Below, piece after piece: positions 25,795-38,199 of a stretch of 64,000 nt of DNA. The notes beneath the pieces were generated by a model, which worked only from the letters and a program-made list of their open reading frames with translations, made no database searches and was not told the origin of the DNA. A program made the position numbers and the translations under genes. Location of the stretch: contig CAVVDA010000002.1 of the NCBI GenBank assembly GCA_963746875.1, positions 378,610-442,609 of the forward strand. The letters are read 5' to 3'. Source of the stretch: Thermoanaerobaculia bacterium. Lineage in GTDB: Bacteria; Acidobacteriota; Thermoanaerobaculia; UBA5066. Positions within the stretch are counted from its first letter, which is position 1. Every line of letters starts with the position of its first letter.

Positions 25795-26577
25795 TCAGGA
25801 ACGTCGAAAGGGTCGGAAGGTTCCGGCGTTTCGTGCGAGGCCTGCAGGGCGTCGACCGATCCGCCGAAGAACCTTCTCGAAGACGAGCTGCGAATAAGCG
25901 ACGGCGCGGGCGCGGCCCGCGGCGAACGCGCGATACACGCGATAGTCGAGCCGCTTCGTGATCGGGGCGGCGGCCCGGCCGAGGGCGCTCTCGTCGAAGC
26001 GCTGGACCGCGGCGACGCGCGCTTCGGAGAGCGCGCGCTCGCCCGCGGACGTCAGATCGTTCGCCGCGCCGCGGGCCGCCGACATCGGGTCGAGGCGCAG
26101 GAGCGCGACGATCAGGAACGTCGCCGCGTACGCGGCCACGACGGCGAACCGCCAGTCGGTCACGACGGGTTTCAGCCGGCCGAAGACGCCGCGCGAGACG
26201 TTCGACTGGGCGCCGGACGGCGCGGGCTCGGGGACGGCGAGGAGGCGCTTCAGGAGCGCGCGCGAGGGTTCCGGCCGCGCGAGCGCCCCCGGCGTGAGGA
26301 ACGAGAGGACTTCCGAGGCTTCCTGGCGCGCGCGGACGTCGGCCGGAGTCTCCGAGAGGCGCGAGAGAAACTCGGGCGAGGGCTCGGGACGCGCGAGGAA
26401 CGCGAAGACGCCCACGTGCCCGGCGACGAGCGTCGCGAGGAGCGCGCAGTCGGGGCATTCGGCCGCGTGCGCGTCGGCGGCCGCGAGGGCGCGGGCGGCC
26501 GCGGCCGTGGCGCCCTCCCCGGCCCGGTCGAGGGCCTCGGCGAGGCGCTGCTCGAAGGCGCGGCAGGCCGCGTTCAT
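25795..26577 (-). CDS. anti-sigma factor (zinc-binding, membrane-anchored)
   Basis: AECPDCALL Cys motif; single TM; immediately downstream of the ECF sigma gene. Confidence 0.6.
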   Translation of the reverse strand: MNAACRAFEQRLAEALDRAGEGATAAAARALAAADAHAAECPDCALLATLVAGHVGVFAFLARPEPSPEFLSRLSETPADVRARQEASEVLSFLTPGALARPEPSRALLKRLLAVPEPAPSGAQSNVSRGVFGRLKPVVTDWRFAVVAAYAATFLIVALLRLDPMSAARGAANDLTSAGERALSEARVAAVQRFDESALGRAAAPITKRLDYRVYRAFAAGRARAVAYSQLVFEKVLRRIGRRPAGLARNAGTFRPFRRS

Positions 26578-27216
26578 CGCGCGCCTCCCGTGGCCGTCGT
26601 GGTGCGCGGGCCGAAGGGCGAATAGAGCGACCTTCCGTCTCCCGTCGAAGCCCCGACGCGCCCCCTGACGACGCGCGCGAGCTCGATCCGCGCGCGGTTC
26701 AGGCGCGACTTCACCGTGCCGTCGGCCAGCTTCAGGAGGTCGCCGATCTCGCGGTAATCGAGGCCGTCGAGGTCGCGCAGGATCACGACCTCGGCCAGCT
26801 CGTCGGGCAGCTCGGAGATCGCGTCGAGCAGCATTCTCACGCGCTCGCGGCGTACGGCGTCCGCCTGCGGATCGTCCGTCGCGGGAAGGAGCGTCGAGAC
26901 GGCGTCGTCGGAGAGGAACGAGAAACCCCTTCTCCCTCTTTCTCCTTCTGTAGTGATCGATGCACAGGTTCCGCGAGAGCGCCGCGATCCAGGCGAGAAG
27001 CGAGGCTTCGGTGGGCTCGTAGCGGTCGAGGTTCTGCCAGACCTTGAGGAAGCAGTCCTGGGTCAGCTCCTCGGCCTCCGCGCGGTCGTACGTCATGTGC
27101 CAGGCGATCCCGTAGACCTTCTTTCCGTAGGCCGCGACGAGGTCCGCCCAGGCGCCCTCGTCCCCCCTCTGGCAGCGGGCGACGAGCTCGGCATCGGGGT
27201 GAGGCTCTGCGGTCAT
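26574..27216 (-). CDS. ECF (sigma-70 family) RNA polymerase sigma factor; one frame change
   Basis: region 2 LVARCQRGDEGAWADLV...TQDCFLKVW; region 4 YREIGDLLKLADGTVKSRLNRAR. Confidence 0.8.
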
Positions 27217-27312
27217 CGGTCCTCGAGTCGGTGTAACGAAAAAGCGGCCGGATCGGTTCCGGCGCCGCTAAGTCTATAATCGTCAAGAGTTCCGGAGGAG
27301 GGCAGAAAGTCG

Positions 27313-27920
27313 ATGCGGACCCTTTCCGCCCGTTTCGCGCTTCTCGTGCTGCTGACCTCGGGGGCGGCCGCGGCGCAGAACCAGCCGCGCCTCAGCCCGC
27401 TGCCACCCCCGCGGCGGCTCCAGCGCCCGCCACGGCAGGTCCCGCGCCGGCCACGGCGGCGGCGTCGCCGGCCTGGCGGCCGTTCCAGGAGCTCGCGTTT
27501 CTCGTCGGGTCGTGGTCGGGCAGCGCGGAGTCCGGCGCGCGCGTCGGAGGACGCGTCGCGCGCTTCACGCCGGAGTTCACGGGGAATTACCTCGTCCACC
27601 GCGGAAGCACGATCCTGACCGCCGACGACGGCAAGGAAGAGACGATCGAGGAGGTCGGCTACTTCGCGTACGACCGGGAAAAGCGGCGGTACGTCGCCTC
27701 GTATTTCTTCTCGACCGGCATCAGCGCCACGTTCGACGTCGAGATCGCGCCCGAGGGCGTGCGCCTCGCGTCACGCGAGCTCCTGAACGCCGAGGCCGGG
27801 ACGAAGGCGCGGATGCTTTTCGCGCGCAAGGCCGACGGCGAGCTCTCGCTCTCGATGGACCTCGCGCCCCCGGGCAAGGACTTCGTGCCCTGGCTCGTCA
27901 GCGCGCTGAAGAAGAAATAG
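27313..27920 (+). CDS. hypothetical secreted protein (DUF1579/lipocalin-like); early frame change
   Basis: signal peptide; ELAFLVGSWSGSAESG ... YFAYDREKRRYVASYFF. Confidence 0.45.
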
Positions 27921-29373
27921 CGGCCCATGCCGCGACGCGCTCCTCGAGGTACGGGAAGAACGGGTTCCACGACAGGCGCATCCACTGGTCGAACGGGACC
28001 GTGAGGATCGAGCGCTCGCCTCGCGGGCCGACGCGCCCGAGCCGGAGGCCGAACGTGGGCGGCGGGTCGGGCAGCCGGCCGTAAAGATCGTCGCTCTCGG
28101 GGAACGGGATCGCGACGTGCGAGAGCGAGAAGACCTCCGGCGGCCACGCGAGGCCGAGGGGGCGGGCCTCCAGCTTGACGGGCCCGGGCCCCGCGGACGA
28201 CACGGCGACGTCCCGCGTGTCGCGCCGCGCATTCGAGATCGCCGTGAGGCGGTAGCGGAGGTCCGTGCGCGCCTTGAGGTCGAGGAGGAGGTCCTGCTCG
28301 GGCCGCTCGAGGAAGGGCGCGAGGTCGCTGACGCGGTTGATGTCGAAGAGGACGAGCTCGCTCCCGTTCGCGGGGAGCCTGTCGTAGAGCCGATGGACGA
28401 TCGCGGAGGTGGAGACCGTCGCGTCGACGAGCGACTGAAAGGTGAGGACGGGCGCGAGGTCCTTCAGCCGGCCGTTCGCCGCGAGGCGCTCGGTCTGGGC
28501 GTTCAGCGCCTGCGTGAGCTTCCAGGTCTGGAGGCCGGCGTTCGCCGGGAACGAGCTGTACTTGTACGGGTTGTACTCGGGCAGGACATCGAGCCACGCG
28601 TTCTTTTCGAAGAACGGGATGCGGTGCAGGAGGCTCACGACGCGCGCGAAGCCCGCGAAGGGGGTCACGCCGATCATGGGCGACATCAGGACGATCCGGT
28701 CCGGCCGCGGGAAGGCCCGAGCCTTCGAGGACGTCCTGCGCGTACTTGACCGCGAGCGCGCCGCCGTTCGAGTAGCCGACGAGGACGAACGGGCTTGCCC
28801 TCTCCCGCCTTCGAGCGGACGTGGCGGGCGGCGAGCCGCACGACGCTCATCCAGTCCTGCCACTCCACGGGGACGAGGCCCGCGGGCGCCGTGCCGTGGC
28901 CCGGCATCCGCGGCGCGAGAGCGTAATAGCCGAGGCGCTGCAGAGTCTCGGCGATCGGCCTGACGCTGTACGGCGCGTCCGTGAGGCCGTGAAGGAGGAG
29001 CGCGCCGCCCGCGATCGTCTCCGGCAGGAGCTCGAACGTCCGGTTGCCGTCGGCCGAGCCGAGACGCGTCGGGTCGAGCGGGCCGCCCGCGAGGTAGCGG
29101 TTGCCTGCCGTGCGGTCCTCGGCGGAGACGGTATCCAGCACGCGCGTCTTGAGCGCCCGGAAGACCGCGTCCTCGCGCTCGAGGTAGTCGGCGAGCGTCG
29201 CCGTGTCGGGCAGCTCACCGGCCTTGACGTCGCCGAGGTCGGCGCGGTGCCACGGCTTGAGGTCCGGTAGGGAGCGTGCCTGGAAGCCGCGGCCGAGGAG
29301 GATCGTGAGAAAGACGGCGGCGAGAGATTTCCACGAGGTTGAGCGAGGCCGCGCGGCTCTTCTTCATGGACGT
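27898..29373 (-). CDS. secreted alpha/beta-hydrolase (lipase/esterase-like); frame-shifted
   Basis: LLHGLTDAPYS; nucleophile elbow GYSNGG recovered in a shifted frame. Confidence 0.6.
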
Positions 29374-29389
29374 GCGACAGCCTATCGCG

Positions 29390-29429
29390 CTCTTACTCAT
29401 TCGAAGAAATCTTCTTCCCGTCTCTCTGG
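29390..29429. repeat. dispersed repeat copy in the divergent intergenic region hydrolase<->typA
   Basis: ctcttactcattcgaagaaatcttcttcccgtctctctgg; near-identical to 58319-58359. Confidence 0.55.
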
Positions 29430-29489
29430 TATCCTGTCCAACCCCGCGGAGCGGCCGCCTCCCGGCCCCGCGTCCCGAAAGCAGGCTCC

Positions 29490-31328
29490 ATGTCCGGACT
29501 CCGCAACATCGCGATCATCGCGCACGTCGACCATGGCAAGACCACGCTCGTGGACTGCCTCCTGAAGCAGTCCGGCACGTTCCGCGCGAACGAGGCGATG
29601 TCCGGCACCGAGCGGATCATGGACAGCAACGACCTCGAGCGAGAGCGCGGCATCACGATCCTCGCGAAGAACACGTCCATCCACTACCACGGCACGAAGA
29701 TCAACATCGTCGACACGCCGGGCCACAGCGACTTCGGGGGCGAGGTCGAGCGCGTCCTCAAGATGGTGGACGCGGTGCTGCTCGTCGTGGACGCGGCCGA
29801 GGGCACGATGCCCCAGACGCGCTTCGTCCTGCGCAAGGCGTTCGAGCTGGGGCTGAAGCCCATCGTCGTCGTGAACAAGGTCGACCGGCCGGACGCGCGG
29901 CCGCATCAGGTCATCGACGAGGTGTTCGACCTCATGGTCGACCTCGGCGCCACGGACGAGCAGCTCGACTTCCCGATCGTGTACACGTCCGCCAAGCACG
30001 GCTTCGCGCGCCGCGAGGTGGATCACACGGAGACGGACGTGCGGCCGCTCCTGGACGCGATTCTCGTGGAGGTGCCGGAGCCCGGCGGCGACCCCGCCGC
30101 CCCGCTGCAGATCCTCGTGGCCTCGCTGGACTACGACAACTACCTCGGCCGGCTCCTCATCGGCCGCATCGTGAACGGGACCGTCGCGCCGGGCCAGCAG
30201 GTCTCGGTCTGCAAGCTCGACGGCACCGTGACGAAGGCGAAGATCGTGAAGCTCATGGCGTTCGAGGGGCTGAAGCGCGTCGAGGTCGAGGAGGCGCGCG
30301 CCGGCGACCTCGTCGTGATCTCCGGCATCGAGGAGGTCACGATCGGCGAGACGCTGGCCGATCTGGAGAATCCCGTCGCCCTCGCGCCGATCGCCGTCGA
30401 CGAGCCGACGGTCTCCATGACGTTCCGCGTGAACGACTCGCCGTTCGCCGGCCGCGAGGGCAAGTACGTCACGAGCCGCAATCTCGGAGAGCGCCTCCAG
30501 AAGGAGCTGCGCACGAACGTCGCGATGCGCGTGGAGGAGACCGACAGTCCCGACGCCTTCCGCGTCTCGGGGCGCGGCGAGCTGCATCTCGCGATCACGG
30601 TCGAGATGATGCGCCGCGAGGGCTTCGAGTTCGCGCTCTCCCGTCCCCAGGTCATCCTGAAGGAGATCGACGGGCAGACCTGCGAGCCGATCGAGGAGCT
30701 CGTCATCGACGTTCCGGAAGTCGCGATGGGGACGGTCATCGAGAAGCTCGGCCAGCGCAAGGCCGAGATGACGAACATGACGAACCACGGCTCGGGACGC
30801 GTGAAGATCGAGTTCAAGATCCCGACCCGCGGCCTCTTCGGGTACCGCAACGAGTTCCTGACGGACACGAAGGGCGAGGGCCTGCTGTACCACGTCTTCC
30901 ACGGCTACGAGCCGTTCCGCGGCGAGGTGACGGGCCGCGGGCGGGGCGCGCTCGTGTGCAAGGAGGCGGGAGAGACGACGGCGCATTCGCTCGAGCGGCT
31001 CGAGGAGCGCTCGACGCTGTTCCTGCCGCCCGGCATCGAGGTCTACGGCGGGATGATCTGCGGCGAGAGCGCGCGGGAGAACGACCTCGTCGTGAACCCC
31101 TGCGTCAAGAAGCACCTCACGAACATGCGCTCGTCCGGCTCGGACTTCGCGATCCGCCTCACGCCGCCGCGCCCGATGCCCCTCGAGCTCGCCATCGAGT
31201 GGATCGAGGACGACGAGCTCGTCGAGGTGACGCCGAAGTCCGTGAGGCTGCGCAAGCGCATCCTCGACCACTCCCTGCGGCGTGTCTCCGAGAAGAGGAC
31301 CGCGGTGGTGGAAGAGGAAGAGGCGTGA
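29490..31328 (+). CDS. typA: translational GTPase TypA/BipA
   Basis: intact 612-aa ORF; [23 protein letters not shown]. Confidence 0.95.
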   Translation: MSGLRNIAIIAHVDHGKTTLVDCLLKQSGTFRANEAMSGTERIMDSNDLERERGITILAKNTSIHYHGTKINIVDTPGHSDFGGEVERVLKMVDAVLLVVDAAEGTMPQTRFVLRKAFELGLKPIVVVNKVDRPDARPHQVIDEVFDLMVDLGATDEQLDFPIVYTSAKHGFARREVDHTETDVRPLLDAILVEVPEPGGDPAAPLQILVASLDYDNYLGRLLIGRIVNGTVAPGQQVSVCKLDGTVTKAKIVKLMAFEGLKRVEVEEARAGDLVVISGIEEVTIGETLADLENPVALAPIAVDEPTVSMTFRVNDSPFAGREGKYVTSRNLGERLQKELRTNVAMRVEETDSPDAFRVSGRGELHLAITVEMMRREGFEFALSRPQVILKEIDGQTCEPIEELVIDVPEVAMGTVIEKLGQRKAEMTNMTNHGSGRVKIEFKIPTRGLFGYRNEFLTDTKGEGLLYHVFHGYEPFRGEVTGRGRGALVCKEAGETTAHSLERLEERSTLFLPPGIEVYGGMICGESARENDLVVNPCVKKHLTNMRSSGSDFAIRLTPPRPMPLELAIEWIEDDELVEVTPKSVRLRKRILDHSLRRVSEKRTAVVEEEEA

Positions 31329-31965
31329 GCGCGCGCCGCGCGGTCGTCGCCGTCTGCCTGCTCTTCGCGCGGCCGCTCGTCGCCGACGGAGGCCGGGCCG
31401 CGGAGGTCGCCTCCTGGCTCGCGGGCACGTTCGAGCTGAAGGACCCGGGTTCGGGCGGAGCGCCGGAGGCCGTCCGGATCGTCATCGTCGCGGTGCCGAA
31501 GAGCCGGATCGCGAACGGCGCCCTCGTCCTCTATCGCGAGGAGGCCGCCGCCCCGAAGCTCGACGAGCCGTCGCAGCAGCGCTTCTACCGCCTCGAAGAG
31601 GACGGGGACGTGGTCCGGCTGCGCGCGTTCGATCCGAAGGACCCCATCCTCGTGCGCGGCAAGTGGCGCGAGCCCTCCGCTCTCGCGCTCTACGGCGCGA
31701 ACGACGTGCGCGAGAGGCCCGGCTGCACGATGCTGCTCAGGAAGAAGGGCGACCTCTGGGAAGGCGAGACGCCGGGAAAGGACTGTCCCTCGACCGTGAA
31801 GACCGCGGCGACGATGACGTCCGTGCTGATCCTCGCGCAGGACGGCTTCACGCTGTGGGAGCGGGGATTCGACGAAAATGGCCGCCAGACGTGGACGTCC
31901 CCGGAGGGCGGCACGCGGTTCCTGAAGAGGTCGATGAACGCGCCCGTCGACGACAAGCTCATCGA
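31325..31965 (+). CDS. CpcT/CpeT-like (DUF1001) protein; 3' end uncertain (probable undetected frame change)
   Basis: FYRLEEDGDVVRLRAF ... CTMLLRKKGDLWEGETPGKDC ... GFTLWERGFDENG. Confidence 0.5.
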
Positions 31966-32395
31966 GCGCCCGGTGGGGCGGCGCGGTGCGGACTCGAAGC
32001 GACCCTACTCCGGGTCGACGACGAGCGTTCCCGTCATCTCCTCGTGGCCGTCGCCGCAGAAGACGTCGCAGTGGAACGGGAACGTGCCCTCCTTGTCGGG
32101 CGTGAGCGTGACCCGCGTGACGTCTTTCGGGACGATGTCCTTCCGGATCTTGAACGCGCGGCAGGTTGAAGCCGTGAACCCGATCCAGCGACGTGAGCTC
32201 GAGTACGACGGTTTCTCCTTTCTTGACGTGCACCTCGGCGGGCGTGAACGAGAACCTCTTCGCGGAGATCTTCACGACCCGGGGCTCGGCGCCGCGCCCG
32301 GCCGTCACGGCGAGAAGAACGGCCAGACCGAGCGCGTGGCCCGCCAATCCCTGCGGAATCGCACGCTCAGCCTGCTTTCGCGGCGGCGCCGGCAC
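31966..32395 (-). CDS. small secreted cupredoxin-fold protein with CuA-like site; one frame change
   Basis: KRFSFTPAEVHVKKGETVVLELTSLDRVHGFN ... FHCDVFCGDGHEEMTG. Confidence 0.55.
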
Positions 32396-33273
32396 CGGCC
32401 GCCTTGATCGGCTTCTCCTCGAGACGATACGTGCCCTTCGCGGGATAGGCCTCGACGTCCCGCCACGCGAGGCCGCGGTACGGCTGTTCGTCGTCCCACG
32501 GGACCGGCGCTCTCTTCGGGACCGAACCGGGCGCGGGGAGCGGGAACATCAGGGACATGGCCGAGTGGTGCTCGATGTGGCCCGTCTTGTGGTGGTGCTC
32601 CTGGTGGATGTGCCCGTAGAAGACGGTCACGTGCGGGTACGGCTCGAGGATCTCGAGCGCGGCCGCGCCGTCCTTCGTGGCCCAGTCCCACGAGGGGTAG
32701 AGGTCGAAGAGCGGGCGGTGCGTGAGGATCGCGATCGGCGCGTCGGCCTTCCGTTTCGCGAGATCGGCCTTGAGCCAGGCGAGCTGCGCCTCTCCGACCG
32801 AAGCGCCCGGGTCGGAGACGTTGTCGAGGACGGCGAAGTGGACGCCCTTGTGGTCGAAGGAGTAGTGCGGCGTCCCCGAAGAGCTCCTGGTACGCCTCGC
32901 CGCGGTCGAGGGAGGCGTCGTGCTCGCCCGGCAGGAAACGGACCGTCTTCGCCTTCAGCTTTCCCGGCGATGTCGCGGAACTGCTTCATCCGGTCCCGTC
33001 GCTTCACGGCGTCGTCCGTCGTGTGCGTGAGGTCGCCCGTGAAGACGACGAAGTCCGGCTGCTCGGACAGCGCGTTCACGGCCTCGATCGCCTTCGGAAG
33101 CGTGCCTTTCGCATCCGGGTTCGGGGGGCCTTCGAACCCCCAGTGCGTGTCCGAGAGCTGGACGAAGTGAAACTCGTCGGCGGGCCCCGCCAGCGCGCCT
33201 CGCCACAGGCTCGACGCGAACACGACGCCACCCCCCAGTCCCGCCAGCTTCAGGAACTCCCGTCGATCGGTTC
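32367..33273 (-). CDS. Tat-secreted metallophosphoesterase (calcineurin-like); frame-shifted
   Basis: RREFLKLAGLGG Tat motif; FVQLSDTHWG; VVFTGDLTH; GHIHQEHH. Confidence 0.7.
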
Positions 33274-33371
33274 GGGTTTTCATGGGGCCTCCCTCAGCGC
33301 GAGGAGACTCGCGCGCCCGCCCCGGTATTCCCGGAGGCCGGGAATAAGATCGCGGCGGCCGGGTCTGAGGG

Positions 33372-33916
33372 ATGGGAGGCGTTCCCTGCGCGAACCGGAA
33401 CCGGGAGCGGACTTCGAGGAGCTGGTGCTGCCGCTCCTCCCGTCCGCCTACAACCTCGCGCGCTGGCTCACGCGCAACGACCACGATGCAGAGGACGTGG
33501 TTCAGGAGGCATTTCTGCGGGCTTATCGGTTCTTTCCTTCGTTCCGTGGCGGCGACCCGCGGGCCTGGCTGCTCACGATCGTGCGCAACGCGTGCTGGAC
33601 CTTCCTGCGCGCCAACCGCGCGCGCGAGGTCGCGACGGCCCTCGAGGACGTCGACGAGCCGGTCGACGACGCCGCCTCCGTCGAGGAGGATCTCGTGCGG
33701 CGCGCCGACGGCCCGCGGCTGAGGCGGGCGCTCGACGAGCTGCCCGGCGAATTCCGCGAAGTGATCGTGCTCCGCGAGCTCGAGGAGCTCTCGTATCGCG
33801 AGATCGCCGAGGTCGCCGGAGTCCCGGTGGGAACCGTGATGTCGCGTCTCGCGCGGGGGCGGAGGCGTCTCCAGTCGGCGCTCGCGCGGCCGGTGGCGGC
33901 CGAGGTGGGGACATGA
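33372..33916 (+). CDS. ECF sigma factor (probable early frame change)
   Basis: VVQEAFLRAYRFFPSF; YREIAEVAGVPVGTVMSRLARGRRRL. Confidence 0.8.
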
Positions 33917-34653
33917 GCTGCGACTTTCCCCGCGAACACGCCCATGCCTGGCTCGACGGGGAGCTCTCGGTCGAGGCGACGCTGGAGGCGGAGCGCCACG
34001 CGCGCGAGTGCGCGTCGTGCGCCGCGGAGTACCGGCGGGCGCTCGCCCTGCGGTCGGCGCTCCGGGACGCCGGGCTCGTCGCCGTTCCGCCGGCTTCCCT
34101 CGAGGCGCGCGTCCGCGCCCGCCTCGCGGCGAAGCGCCGGCCTTCCTGGCGGCGCGGCGTGCCGCAGTGGGCCGCGCTCGCCGCGGCGCTCGTCCTCGGG
34201 GCCGCTCTCACGGCCCTCCTGATGCCGTTTCGCGCGTCGATCTCGGCGCGGAGCGTCGACGATGCGCTCGCCATCGCCCACGTGCGGGCGCTCATGAAGG
34301 GGCCTCTCGTCGAGGTCGTCTCGTCCGACCGTCACGCGGTCAAGCCGTGGTTCGCCGGGCGCGTCGACCTCTCGCCGAAGGTGAAGGACCTCGCGGATCG
34401 AGGTTATCCGCTCTCCGGCGGGCGCGTGGACGAGGTCTCGGGCCGTCGCGCCGCCGTCCTCGCCTACACGCACGGGCGACACGAGATCGACCTGTTCGTC
34501 TGGGTCGCCTCGGCGCCGGCACCGGCCGTGACCGTGGGCGTTGCGCGCGGCTACCACGTCGCGCGCTGGACGGAAGGCGATCTCGAGTACGCGGCGGTGT
34601 CCGACATGGAAGAGGGCGAGCTGCGCGCGTTCGTCGACCTCGTCCGCGACTGA
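33913..34653 (+). CDS. anti-sigma factor, zinc-finger type
   Basis: intact; HAWLDGEL...ARECASCAAEY; TM; 4-bp overlap with the sigma gene. Confidence 0.7.
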   Translation: MSCDFPREHAHAWLDGELSVEATLEAERHARECASCAAEYRRALALRSALRDAGLVAVPPASLEARVRARLAAKRRPSWRRGVPQWAALAAALVLGAALTALLMPFRASISARSVDDALAIAHVRALMKGPLVEVVSSDRHAVKPWFAGRVDLSPKVKDLADRGYPLSGGRVDEVSGRRAAVLAYTHGRHEIDLFVWVASAPAPAVTVGVARGYHVARWTEGDLEYAAVSDMEEGELRAFVDLVRD

Positions 34654-34659
34654 GCCCTC

Positions 34660-35868
34660 AGCGCCCGGGCACTTTCGTCTTCGCGCCCGGCGCGCCGAGG
34701 ACGAGGCCCGCCATCGCGTCGGCGACCTCCATGCCGACGTCGCCGTCCGTGTTGCAGAGAACCACGACGGTGACGTCGTCGTCCGGGAAATACGCGACCC
34801 ATCCGTCGAATCCGGGCAGCCCGCCGCCGTGGAAGAGTCGCCGGTGGCCGCCGAACGAATCCGACGCCGAGTCCGTAACCGTACGAAAGCGCCTTCCCGT
34901 TCGGGAGCGTCGCCGGCGTCGTCATCGCGCGGTATGCCGGCGGCGCCCACGGGCGGCTCGGTGTGGAGGCGGCGCGTCCACGTGGCGAGATCCGAAACCG
35001 TCGAGAGAAGGGCGCCGGCGGCATATCCCTGCGTGAGGTTCACTCCCCAGGCGTTCTCGAATCCGCCCGACTTGCGCCGCGAGAAGCCTCGGGCGCGATG
35101 CGGAACGAGATCGGAGGTCTCGCCGTCGCGCGTGGCGGTGAGGCCGAGCGGGAGCAAGAGTCGTCTGGTGACGAACGCGCCCCACGGCTCGCCCGAGGCT
35201 TTCTCCACGACCATGCCGAGAAGGACGTAACCCGAGTTGCTGTACCGGTAATCCGTTCCGGCCGGAAAGTCCGCCGGCTCGCTCGCGAAGAGCGCGACGA
35301 GGTCGGAGGGGGCGATCTCGCGGCCGGTCTGCGCCCAGTATTTCGGTCCGAGGCTCGTCATGCTTCGGATCCCCGAGGTGTGGTTGAGGAGCTGGCGGAC
35401 GGTCGCGCTCCGGCCGGGTTCGGGAAAAGCGGGAACGAACTTTCCGAGCGGATCGTCGAGGGAAAGCTGTCCCTCGTCCGCGAGGAGAAGCACCGCCGCC
35501 GCCGTGAACTGCTTCGTCAGGGAGCCGATCGCGTAGACGGTGTCCACGGCCGCCGCAACGCGGTTCTCGAGATCCGCGAATCCAAACGCGCCTTCCGAGA
35601 GAACGGACTTTCCTCTTCGCACGGTGAACGAGATGCCCGCGGTCCTTCCGTCCTTGACCGCGGCTTCGGCGAGTGAAGAGAGGGAAGAAGAGAGATCTTT
35701 CTTAGAAGGGGAAGAGGCGGGCGGCGATGCGTTGGAAGCCGGTCCGGCGGCGCCCATCGCTGCAGTCTCGGGAACCGGCCCGGCGGATCTTAGCGGCGGT
35801 GCGGCGATCAGGCAGGCGCAGAGCACGAACCGGGCGCCGTGGCTCGGGACCATTCGAAGAATCTTCAT
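34660..35868 (-). CDS. secreted serine hydrolase, beta-lactamase/PBP4* family; one frame change
   Basis: AIGSLTKQF (SxxK); YSNSGYVLLG; signal peptide; repeat copies at the start codon and at the PSKKDLSSSLSSL linker. Confidence 0.75.
35671..35717. repeat. dispersed repeat copy in beta-lactamase-like gene
   Basis: gagtgaagagagggaagaagagagatctttcttagaaggggaagagg; partial copy cattcgaagaatcttcat forms the start codon at 35851-35870. Confidence 0.45.
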
Positions 35869-35905
35869 CTGCTCATCCTGAATGCGTGCGGCTCTTATGC
35901 CCCAT

Positions 35906-36747
35906 GCCGCCTGCCGCTTTCGCATCGTATGACGCCTATGATGTCTCCGTGCCCCGATCCATTCTGAGAATCTCTCTCTTTCTTCTCGTCGTCGTTTCCA
36001 CGTCTTCCGCGCGCGCTCAGGACGCCTCGGGCCGCCGCAGCGCCTCGGGCATGGAGGAGCGCTATGCCGAGCGCGCGAGCTCGAGCATCCTCCTCGTCTA
36101 CGACGGGAAGCGCCTGGAGCCGGGGCTCGAGCGTGTGCTCCTCTCGGCGCTCGAGCAGGCCTACGCCGACCTCGTTCAGGATTTCGGCTCGGGTCCCGTC
36201 GAGAAGGTCGTGGTCGTGGTCTACGCCGAGCGCGACTTTCAGGCTTCGACGCAGGCTCCCGCCTGGGCCGACGGCCTCTTCGACGGCAGGGTGCGCGTGC
36301 CGGCGCGCGGCATCACGGGCGTCACGCCGGAGCTGCTCTCCGTTCTCAAGCACGAGATGACGCACAGCTTCGTCCATTTCCGCGCGAAAGGGCGCGCCCC
36401 GACCTGGCTGCAGGAGGGCCTCGCGCAGGTGGAGGAGGGCAAGACGTCCGCGCCGTTCGCGTCGGCGCTGGCAGGTTCCTATGCCGCGCGTGGCACGTTC
36501 GCGCTGCAAGGCCTCGAAGGCGGGCTTCGCCGGTTTTTCCGCGTCGCAGGCGCGGGGCGGATATGCGATCTCGCTCGCCGCGTCCGAGATGCTGAGGGAC
36601 ACGCGCGGCTTCGGCGCGGTCGCGCATTTTCTCGACCGCCTCGGCGACGGCTCTCCCGTCGAGGACGCCATGCGCGAGACGCTGCGCGCCGACTACGCGC
36701 GGCTCGAGTCCGACCTCGCGGACTGGCTGAAGCGCCGCGCGCGCTGA
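35906..36747 (+). CDS. hypothetical secreted protein with HExxH metallopeptidase-like motif; one frame change
   Basis: signal peptide; LKHEMTHSFVHF. Confidence 0.45.
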
Positions 36748-36760
36748 CCCGCAGACCTGC

Positions 36761-38157
36761 CTAGGCCGGCGCGGCCGAGAACTGCGGCCGGCGGCGGCGG
36801 CCGCCGCGGCGGCGTTTGCGGCCGGGCGGCAGGCCGCCTGGCGCGGGATGAGTGAACGTGTCCGGCGGGCCGGGCGCCTCGGGGTGCGGCGCGGCCGGAG
36901 CGCGCGAGGCGAGGCCCTGGTCCATGGCCAGCTCCCAGGCCGCGGCGGCCTCGCGGTAGCGGCCGGATGCGCGCGCATAAAGAGAGAGAAGCGCGACGGC
37001 GGCTTCGAGGTACGGCCTGCCGGCGAGGCGCCGCGCGCCGGGATCCGCCGGGCGCGTGCTCGTGAGCCGGCCGAGCGTCTCGAGGACGTGCTTGACGGTC
37101 TGCGTGAGATGGTTCGGAAGCGCCATCCGGAGCGCGAGCGGATTCACGGCGTCCTCGAGGACGAGGAGAATCTGGCCGGGGCTCGGCGAGAGGCCCGCGG
37201 CGCCGCACGGCGTCGAACACGACGGGCAGGAACATCGCGGAGAGGAGCGTGGCGTCCTCGAGCCTCTTCCCGAGGGACCGCTTCGCGTCGACCTCGCGCA
37301 GCAGCGCGAAGAGAAGCCCTCGGCGTCCCCTCGGCCGCGCGCGCGGCTCCGACGCCGTCGAGCTCGGGCAGGAGGGCGTCGAGGAGTCCTGCTTCAGACC
37401 AGAGGCGATACGTGTCGTGACCCCACCCCCGCCGCAGCGGGTCGAGCAGCTCCTCCGTGACGCGCGGCGCGGCGCTCTTCGTGACCTCGCGGTTGAGCTC
37501 GGCGATCGCCGCGCGCGCGTCCTCGGACATCTCGAACGAGAGGCGTGCCGCGAACTCGCAGGCGCGGAGCATCCGGACGGGATCCTCGCGGAACCGGATG
37601 AGGGGATCGCCGATCGTGCGCACGACGCGCCGTTCGAGGTCCTCGACGCCGCCCGACGAAGTCGAGGACGGCGTACGTCGCGATGTCGTAGAAGAGCCCG
37701 TTGATCGTGAAGTCGCGGCGGAGGGCGTCCTCCTCGGGGGACCCGAACGTGTTGTCCGAGCGGATGAGGAGATCCTCGTCCCCCTCCTGGCCCTGTGCGC
37801 CCTGCACGGCGTCGGGCGTCTTGCGGAACGTCGAGACCTCGACGACCTTCCCGCCCTTCGAAGAGGATGTGCGCGAGCCGGAAGCGCCTCCCGATGACGC
37901 GCGAGTTGCGGAACAGGCGGCGGATTTCCTGGGGACGCGCGTCGGTTCCGACGTCGAAGTCCTTCGGCGTGCGGCCCGTCATGAGGTCGCGCACCGACCC
38001 TCCGACGAGATACGCCTTGAAGCCGGCGCGGTGCAGCCGGTACAGGACGCGCAGGGCGTCGGGATCGATGTAGCCGCGCGATATCGGATGCTCGGCGCGA
38101 GGCAGGATGCGGGGAATGCTCATCCCGCGGGATGTCGAATCGACATCGAGCCTCATT
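36761..38157 (-). CDS. tRNA nucleotidyltransferase / poly(A) polymerase family (PcnB/CCA-like); frame-shifted
   Basis: YLVGGSVRDLMTG; RRDFTINGLFYD; Arg-rich C-terminus. Confidence 0.75.
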
Positions 38158-38199
38158 GTAACTGTTTCGGCGCGGCCCGAAAGATGAAACACTCGGACG

